This document shows positions 24,886 to 34,000 of a stretch of DNA of 64,000 nt, piece by piece. The stretch is from positions 17,112,001 to 17,176,000 of the forward strand of contig JBHGNT010000013.1 in the NCBI GenBank assembly GCA_043228905.1. The letters are read 5' to 3'. Source of the stretch: Azolla caroliniana (Eukaryota > Plantae > Polypodiophyta). Under the pieces are notes generated by a model, which searched no databases, had not been told where the DNA came from, and was given only the letters and a program-made list of their open reading frames with translations. Positions within the stretch are counted from its first letter, which is position 1. Each line of letters starts with the position of its first letter. The position numbers and the translations under genes are program-made.

Positions 24886-27558
24886 ATGCATAAGTTAATA
24901 TCTTTAAAGCATATTTCTGTATCGTCTGTGTCGCCAAAACAACAGAAACGAGTGCAGATATCGAAACAGTCTGAGCCTTCGTGCCCTAGTTCGCCCAAAC
25001 TCTGTTTTTCTGATTTTCATCGCTACAGAAGCTGTGCAGATCTCCAACCGTCATCGACAAGTGATTCAGAACAAGCAAACACAGAAGTCATGCCGATTCC
25101 TGTGTCTGAAGAACTGCGATTGTGGCTTCATGAGAGAAACTTACAAGGTTTCATCAAAGTAGTAGAAGCGGAACCTCATCCGTAGGCGGAAGAATTGGTA
25201 CAACAAATAGACATCACCAAAATCACCACAAAGAAAATACGAAATGCATTACAGATGCCAAGAGGAGGCTTTGAGGCAGTTAAAAAACCTTCATCAAAAG
25301 CACTCCAATCGTATTTCGGGGAATACTCACCCTCAGCAAAAGCATATCAGACTTATGGAGGTCGGGATGAGTTTTTCCATGAAGTGGCTAGATTTTTATT
25401 AGAGGTGGGATTTGTCAGTCCTCGTTTTTATTGTATGCCGAAAAAAAGGGCTGGGTTTATCATAGCCGCATACGAAAAAGAGGATTTCAACTGGCCACTA
25501 TTGTCGGGGGAAGCTCTGAGAGAGCAGCTACAAGGGGTAAAAACAGGAAAACCGATGAAGCAAATTTTTGGTCGTTGGATATCGGTATTGTTTCCGATTC
25601 AAGAATCGGAAACTCCTGTTCAGTCAAGAAGACCACCGATAGTACAAGCACCGCGAAGACACCGACAGGTAGTACATGAAGAATGGATAGAGGAAGAATT
25701 GGCACATGCCGATAATATACAAACGAATATGCCTCAATCGGAACCACCAAGACCAGAGAATTCCGAAAACAGGCAACCAGTAGCCGAACAAGAAACAGTT
25801 GACAATTTGATAAACAAGCAACAGCCGACAGAAAATCGACAACAAGCAGAGAAGATGCGACAAAGGACAAGGATTAAACAAAAGGCTAATCGGCAATTCC
25901 AACCAGAAAACAGTGAGGGGTCAGCACCGAAAAGGCAACGCACAAAGGAAAATTCGAATACGCCTGTAGTAACAGAAGTAATAAAACCAGGGAATGAAAG
26001 CGTTTCGACACAACCTCAACAAGGACAATCTTCAAAAGTAGCAATTCGGGAAGCACATGGGTACTTGGATATTCCACCAGCAGCACATGAATTAGCTGCC
26101 ATTTTACAGTTCGGAACTTCATACGAACTGGTTGAATGGTTGGCTAAAAGACTGACAGAAGTATCAGAACGGCTGGCTCAAGAACATAATGACCGAATAA
26201 TGATACAGAAAGCCTTACGAGGAGTGTTGGAACCTCAAGAAAAAGCAGAGATAGAGAAAATCGGCCGGAAAAGAAGTGCACAGAATAGAGGGGAGGCTAT
26301 TGAAATGCCACCATTACATGAAGCACTGGTCGAAATTCATAAAGAATATGAAACGGCACGCAAAGCAGCCAGTGATATGGCTGAAAGATACAAAAGTGTA
26401 TCAGCATCGGCGGAGGTGCTGAAACATCAGTTTTGTAACATACAGGCAGAAAATAAAGAACTAAAAGAAAGTCTAAACAAATGGGAAACACAGGCACGGC
26501 TTATGGTGTCGGAGTCAGAATGGCAGCAGAAATTGGAGGACGCTGAGAAAGCACGTCAAGCAGAAACAACAAGGGCCAACAATGCTGTATTTCGAACTAC
26601 AGAATTAGAAAAACAAATAGAAACCATTCAGAATGGTCAATACAAAGTTCTCGAAGAAAAAAATCAATTAATAAACGAATTACAGAAAAATCTAGAAGAA
26701 GCTAAGACGGCCAATCATACATATACCGAACAAATTGAAGAATTTGAAAGGTATATAGTGTCACAGGAAAGTCAATTGACAGAAAAAGAGCGGAGTCTTG
26801 AAGAAGTCAACAGAAGAATTACGGAACAGCAGGAGGAATGGAGCAAAGAGAAATCGGCATTCGAACAACAACTGGACGAAATTCGGAAGATATCGGAACA
26901 AAGACGGCTGGACATATATGTAGTCGAATCCAAACTAATGCGAGCTGAAAGTGAGAACCGAACCACTATTACGGATTTACGGAAAGAGTTGCAAACCGCC
27001 CAATACGTCGCAAGCATCACTAGGGACAAAGTGCAGCACATCATAGGGAAACATCGAAACCTAGCAAAGAAAATGATTGATGAATCCCTTGCGCAAGGAT
27101 GGAAGTTATGGACGGCACAAGTGGCGGAATTACAGTTATTGCGTGCCGACAAAAATAACCGTCAGGTCCAAGGTGCAGGTTTTTTTAAAATGGCACAAAA
27201 GGATATTGACAATATCCAAGAGGATATCATGAAAGATATGGACGAAATTGCGGCATTTTACAGAGAAGAAATTCAACGTATTATGCAAGAATTCGACAAA
27301 AATGATATAGGCACTTCCGTCCAGTTGGATAAAATCGAAGCCGAAAGAACCAGCAAGACTCCTGGTCTTCAAGCTCCCGGAAGAAGTGAACCAGAGCAGC
27401 CAACCGAATCACAACATTCAAAACCTGCTCCGAATGACGACTGTGACACAGATGAAGATGAAGATGAAGAGGAAGATATAGGTGGAATACATCCAAGGCC
27501 AGAAGAGCCTTCGATTTTTGATATTCTGAACGATTCGGATGAAGAGCTACAGGAATAG
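24886..27558 (+). CDS. Gypsy-4 extra ORF2: long coiled-coil protein of unknown function, with one in-frame TAG at 25183-25185
   Basis: ORFs 24886-25185 and 25195-27558 are in the same frame, and homology to the Gypsy-3 ORF spans the stop. E/K/Q-rich heptad region and acidic tail. Confidence 0.85.
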
Positions 27559-27560
27559 GC

Positions 27561-27600
27561 GTGGGTTCGCTGGACAAGGTCCTGGCCCACGGACGTGCCA
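27561..27600 (+). other. tRNA-Arg 3'-part-like motif at the PPT position of Gypsy-4
   Basis: GTGGGTTCG-CTGGACAAGGTCCTG-GCCCACGGACGTGCCA, then AG, then the LTR TGTTACC. No purine tract adjoins the LTR. Confidence 0.8.
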
Positions 27601-29659
27601 AGTGTTACCCGGACCCGGACAGTCAATTTTACCGAACAAGTGGGAAAGCGTCGAAAACGGAGTCGGTTCGGATCGACTGTTCGGATCAATGACTCAGCAG
27701 TAAACGAAGAGAACTAAGTTAGTTAGATAATTTTGTAATTCTTGATAGTAAGTAGGAATAGTTCTTGATGAGAAAAGACCTTCGGTATACCTATAAAAGG
27801 GAACCGAAGGCATTGTAAGAAAGGTCGTTTTATTTAGTAATATAAGTTTAAGTTAGGAATATCCTGTATGGATTTTGTGTTCTTCCTATTGTCTATGTTG
27901 TTAAGTGCAAGCTTCCTAATTTATAACTAAGTAACGATCACGGTAATTACCGATTAATATAGTATAATTCCGTTCGTAAAACACAATTCCTTGTAGAACG
28001 TTGAGTAGCGACGTTCACTCTTCTGCATCGGTAGTAGTTAGTAATTAGCCGATTAACAGCCATGTCTTGGCGGCTTCCGACAGCGTCTGCTGGTCCATGT
28101 CTGTGTCGAGGTCGGATGGCGGTGGCGAGGTTGGATGGTGATGAGAGTGAGGTTAAGACAGAGAGAGTTCAGAAGGCGGGGGTTCTCTGTGCGCAGGTTC
28201 TCGTCTGATGATCTTGCAGCGTCTTGGTGCTTCTGTGCTCCTGGGTTCGCGAAAGTAGAGGGTCTCTACGCGCAGTGGTTTTTGTTTGTGCATTCTAGCG
28301 CCTTTTTCGAGTGTGTGCATGTCGCGTACTTAAAATAGCATTATGTCCTGTGGTGGCGCTTTAAATGCCCACTACGTACCTTTTCACTCCTTGCTCTTTC
28401 ATCCATTCATTCCTCGCTTTTGCATGATTGTTTTTTTTTTTTTTTTCGTTATTATTATTATTAGTGTGACGTCACTTGTCCGTTGGTCCTCTCAGACCCT
28501 TACCGGCCTCATTCTCTCCGGTTCCCGGCTTGCCGTCTCTGCCGTCTTCGTGGTTGCCGTCGGTCCTTTGCTCAAACGGGTTCTTAGGCATCGGTCCTCT
28601 ATATGCCTTTAACCGGAATCCGTTGACCCATTTGCCTAGCACTTCGCCAGCAAGTGTCCCTAACTGGTAGGACCCATTATACTCCCGTGTTAGCCAATAT
28701 GGTCCGGTCCATCTAAACCTTAGTTTACCCGGCATCTTGCCCATTCGGGTTTGGAATACTAACACCGGTTTGCCGATTGCGAACATTTTTTCGTTACCTT
28801 TCTTGTGCCGGTCGACGAATGCTTTCCGTCGCCGTTGCTCCAATTCTAAATGTAGGATGCTGGCCAACCGTTGTTCCTCGAGCTCACACAGCGTTGTCAA
28901 CCTTATTGTCTCCGACTCCTTCTCGTTCAGCTGTTCTCGTAGCTGGATCCGTAAGCTAGGTACTTGGAATTCTACTGGCATGACCACCTCGAGTCCGAAC
29001 ACCGTGGTCGCCAAAAACTGTGTTAACTCTTCGGGCCGGACAATGGCCTAACACAGGGTGTCTACGGGAGACACTTCACCAAAGGGTGTTACGGCAACCG
29101 GATTAGACTTCAACGCTTAATCCTACTTGGTTAAGTTACTTATTATGATCGTCTTTCATAACACACGTGTAAGATATAACAATTAAGACAGAACGGCAAT
29201 TAACACAGAAAGATAACAACGCTTAAGCTTTCATTAATTAACCGCTAACTATTACATTGTATCCGGGCCTTTAAATAGGTTTCCGGTCTGTATTACAAAA
29301 CGGTGCCATCCGCACCTGTTCGGGATCGGTCCGGATCCGGAACGGCATACCGTTTCTGGTCCGTCCATCCACACTCATAGCGTAATTACAACCACATTCC
29401 TACTACTTAATTAGCTCTCCATTTCCCACTCTGGACTCCTTTGCCGGCCGGTAACACTGTACATGTGTGGGGTTTTTCAGGAGCGTCCAGCCTATTGCGT
29501 CCCCACGCCTTGATAGCCCTCTCTAAAAATCCCCTTGGCTTTCGCCGCCGAGGGTCTCGCGGTTACGCTCATGGTTCGGTCGTACCGTCAGAAACTGAAC
29601 GGAATGACGCCCATCCTGGCTTTTGACTCGGGCATACGCCGAACCGTTGTCCATCACCT

Positions 29660-30304
29660 TGTTGGGAAACAGGTTCCTCCGGATGGGAAGGAAGAAGAAC
29701 AGTGCCGGATGGTGCAGGCCCGATATGAACCGGATGAGGAGTACCCAGCTACGGAGAGCCGGATGGTGCAGACCCGGTATGAACCGGATGAGGAGTACCC
29801 GGCTACGGAGAGCCGGATGGTATAGACCCGGTGAGAACCGGATGAAGAGACATATTCGTAAATATGTTTCTGAGAGCCCATCGAGGCTACATTTGTAAAT
29901 AGCCGAAAAGTCATATTAGTATAAATATGACTTAGGGCAAACTTTTAGTAACTATTGTTGTTGTCATTCTTTCTTGTTGGTGCAAGAAGAAGAGAGAGTA
30001 CGTAACGTTGTACAGTGAGAGAGAGAGAAAGAGGTCGTCGCCTCTGTTGTAACCGCCGCCTGTGGCGAAGATTTGTGAGCACGAGGTCGGTGCCTCTGTG
30101 AACTCACTGTTGTATATTCCTACATAGTGACAGTTTGCAGCCTGTGGGCTGCCGTGGTTTTTCCCCTAGTTTGGGGTTTTCCACGTAAACCTCTTGTGTA
30201 TTCTCTCCTTCTTTGTGTCGCGTTTTATTTCCCGTTTTTCTGTGTATCATTCTAAGCTCGGTTGTGGCCGAGCGTTGCGCATAAGGAGCATCGGGTTCCT
30301 GTCA
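29660..30304 (+). mobile_element. Copia-type solo LTR (645 bp) inserted in the Gypsy-2 protease
   Basis: TGTTGG..TCA termini with TSD CACCT; removal restores METKVMDNG. Same family as 47215-48034. Confidence 0.93.
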
Positions 30305-31069
30305 CACCTTCGTCTCCATGCGCGCCGCCGTGATGTACGGTTCTCCGAGTATCACCTGATGCGAGGACGTCTCCTGCACGAAGAAGTGTTGATCGATCTC
30401 AACATCGCCGATTTTCACTGGTACATTCGGGCAGGCTCCGTGTAGCTCCTCCGTGGCGCGCGTTGTTGCCCGTATCTTCCACCCGTGCTTGGTGTTGATC
30501 GGCCACTTTCCCTTGCTGTAGAAGTCCATGGACATCACGTTGATCTCCGAACCATGGTCTACCAACGCCACCACCGGCTCCTAGACGTCCCCAATCCGAA
30601 CAGGGGTTTCCGTAGTGGCCCTAGCCCAATGTAGCCTCGAGTAGTGGCTTTCCGCCAACTCGTCCTCCAGGGCCATGTCTTCAAGGTGCGTCGTTCGCAC
30701 CACCACCAGCTTCTCTGGCTCCGACTCCGTCGAAAGCCTTTTCCGCTTCACCAAGTCTATGATGGAGTCGTGGAACTCCTTCTTGGCGATACCAAGCACT
30801 TCCCTCAGCGACAGTTCCACTTTGCTGTCGAGGATCCGTTCCTCCAGGACCTTTCATAGGTCTGTGGTCCTTTCGATCTCTGTGCTCAACCCATAACCGG
30901 CCTTCTTAGCCTTGTCTGGTGCGCCGGATGCACTGACATCATTCTTGTTCGGCCCGAACCGGGTCTCATACCATTGTGAGGGTCTAGCCCCCCCGGTCTT
31001 TCCCATGCGCTTGTCTTCCACTAGAACCTCGTAGTTCTGGCACGTAGCTTCCATGAAGCCCATCTTCTC

Positions 31070-34000
31070 TGATGGAAAATCAATCGACACTTTCCAAACT
31101 TCACCTCTCGGCCACAACCAAGGAAACACACGAATCGTTGTTGCAGAAAATGGGAAATGCGAGAAATAGAGTGGACACACTATTTAACGTGGAAAACCCT
31201 GTACGGGAAAAACCACGGGAGTACAAGACTCCAAACCAAAACTATGCACAGAGAAATATACAATGGCGAGCTGCAAGGCGACGACCTTGAGCTCGTTGTC
31301 TTCGCCACAGGCGGCGGAAATACACAGAGGCGTCGACCTCTTCCTCTCTCACGCTCTATCTCTCTCGCGGCTGCTCTCTCTTCACTCCTCTTGAGTGGAA
31401 AAACAGAAAAATGATAAGCAACATCAAAACTGTTTGCCCTAAGTCATATTTATACACATATGACTTTGGGGCTATTTACAACTATAGCCTCAAGGGCCCT
31501 TGGCAAACATATTCACAGATATGTCCCCGCATCCGGATCTCGCTCCGGGTACATTCGTCATCCGGCTCCGAAGCCGGGGTCTTCATCATCCGGTTCCGAA
31601 ACCGAAACCGGGCTTGTCGGCATTCGTCTCCGATATCCGACCATCCCATCCGAAAGGGACAGTAATCCCAACAAACTCCCCCTTCACTTCGGCATGGGAT
31701 GTCTCTCCAATCCGATCCTCTTCCGGCATGCTTCCAGCTTGTCGGGTGTGAGCACCTTGGTCAGCATATCCGACCCGTTCTCGTCCGTGTGGACCTTCGT
31801 CAGCACGAACTCCTTGTCTTCTATCCTTTCCCGGATCCAGTGATATCTTCGCTGGATGTGCTTCGTCCGGGAGTGATAGGCCGCGTTCTTCGCAAGGTGG
31901 ATTGCACTCTGACTGTCGCAGTAGAGTCGGTACTCCTCCTGTCGGATACCGAGCTCTCTAATGAAGTCCTTCATCCATATTATTTCCTTTCCGGCTTCAA
32001 CAGCCGCCATGTACTCCGCCTCCGTGGTTGACAACGCAACCGTCTTCTGCAGCCTCGACTGCCATGAAACAGCTCCCCCTGCATACGTCATCACATACCC
32101 TGATGTGGACCGGCTGGTATCTGCATCAGCCGACATATCCGAATCGGTGAAGCCGTCGAGTTCGGGCTTACTGGAGCCGAATCGGAGGCACACGTTTGTT
32201 GTGCCCTTCAGGTATCGGAGTATCCACTTGGTCGCGTTCCAATGCTCTTTGCCGGGATTGTTCATGTACCGGCTCACCACTCCGACTGCATATCCTATGT
32301 CCGGTCTCGTACACACCATGGCGTACATCAAGCTCCCGACGGCTGAGGCATACGGCACTTTCATCATATCCTCCTTTTCAGCCTTTGTCTTGGGACTTTG
32401 CTTGTTGGACAGCTTGCAGTTTGCCGGGAGGGTCGATCCGACCGGTCTTGCTTCCGACATGTTGAACCGTTTAAGCACCTTTGTCACGTACTTTTCCTGT
32501 GACAGCCACAACTGCTTCTTGCTCCGGTCCCGAATGATGTGCATCCCTAGTATTTGTCTCGCCGGACCCAGGTCCTTCATTGAGAAGGTTCGGTGAAGAG
32601 CCTTCTTCAACATCCGTATCTTGACCTGGTCCCGTCCGACGATCAACATGTCGTCCACGTACAGGAGGAGTATTAGAAAGTCTCCTCCTTCGAACTTCTT
32701 CACAAACACGCAGTGGTCGGACTGCGTTTTGAGATACCCTTCGTCGGTCATGAAGGAGTCGAACTTCCGGTACCATTGCCGGGGAGCCTGCTTCAGTCCG
32801 TAAAGGCTCTTCTTCAACCGGCATACCAGGTGCTCCTTCCCTTTCTTCTCGAATCCTTCCGGTTGCTGCATGTAGATCTCTTCTTCGAGGTCACCGTGAA
32901 GGAATGCCGTCTTCACGTCCATCTGTTCTACCTCGAGGTCCATGCTTGCCGTTATGCTCAGTACCGTCCGGATGGAGGTCATCTTCACTACCGGGGCAAA
33001 TATCTCGTCGAAGTCGACGCCCTTCTTCTGCTGAAACCCCTTCACCACGATCCTGGCTTTGTATCTCGGGGGGTTTCCGGCATCTCCCGGTTTCAGCTTG
33101 AACACCCACTTGTTTCGAAGTGCCCGCTTTCCTTTCGGCAACTCCACAAGTTCATATGTGTGGTTCTCATGCAGGGAATCCATCTCGTCCTGCATGGCAC
33201 TCAACCACCTGCAGCTCTGGGTGTCATGCTTTGCTTCTTCAAAGCTCTCCGGCTCCCCTTCGTCGGTTAGCAGCACGTGCTCTGGTTCCGGAAATCTCCG
33301 GGGGGGCCTTCTCTCTCTTAGAGGATATCTCCGTTCCGGAGCTTCGGTAACCGGTTCTTCCGATTCTTCTTCATCCGAATCCATTTCGGGATCGGGGCCG
33401 GTTCCGGTATCATTTTCATCTTCCTCGGCCGGTTCTGTTTCTTCACCGTCTTCGGCCGGATCCTCGAGTGCTAACCAGTCCCTTGCCGGTCGGGACTGCT
33501 CCTCGTAGAGTTGATCCTCACCGGTCGACTTGGAGCTCTTCATCTTCTTCTCCGACTCCCAGTCGGTGAGTGTCTTGTTCTCCATGAAGATGATATCACG
33601 ACTCCGGAATATCTTCTTGTCGACCGGGTCCCATACTCGGTAGCCGAACTCGTCATCGCCGTAACCGAGGAATATGCATGGCCGGGTCTTTGGATCTAGC
33701 TTTCCTCTCCGGTCCTTTGCCACATGCACGTATGCGAGACACCCGAACACCTTCAGATGCCGGTAGGATACTTCCCTACCGGTCCACACTCTCTGCGACG
33801 TGTCTCCGTCCAAAGGTACTGAGGGTGATCTGTTTATCACGTATGTCGCCGTCGACATCGCCTCAGCCCAAAACCCCTTGGGTAATTCCGCATGCGCCAG
33901 CATACTCCGGACCCTCTCCATTATGGTCTGATTCATCCTCTCGGCCAGCCCGTTCAGTTCCGGCGTCTTCGGCACAGTAAACTCGAGCCGGATTCCCTTC

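Larger units (their letters stand above)
18659..28058 (+). mobile_element. Gypsy-4, young full-length non-chromovirus Ty3/gypsy element with a 3' extra ORF
   Basis: 456-bp LTRs 18659-19114 and 27603-28058 differ at only 2 positions by eye. TSD GCCAT. PBS TGGCACGCCCGGT at 19126. Confidence 0.97.
15943..28320 (-). pseudogene. Gypsy-3 extra ORF (coiled-coil protein), with stops, split by Gypsy-4
   Basis: Segments 28059-28320, 18337-18658, 17284-17679 and 15943-17229 align with Gypsy-4 ORF2 (WLKQHGLEGF, YFGEYS, AELQLLRAD, SILDILDED). Confidence 0.85.
15453..29456 (-). mobile_element. Gypsy-3, non-autonomous element (~4.6 kb without its nested insert): integrase C-terminus plus extra coiled-coil ORF
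   Basis: 436-bp LTRs 15453-15888 and 29021-29456 with TSD CTGTA. PBS TGGCGACCACGG (rc ~29002-29013) is joined directly to INT C-terminal sequence (28472-29014, GKLRFRWTGPY). Confidence 0.93.

Noticed and set aside
25195-27558. env gene or captured host myosin/SMC gene
   Set aside because: No evident signal peptide, TM helix, or motor/ATPase motifs; it lies inside LTR elements in three copies.
27561-27600. tRNA gene call for the tRNA-like motifs
   Set aside because: Only the T-arm, acceptor strand and an encoded CCA are present; there is no D-arm or anticodon arm.
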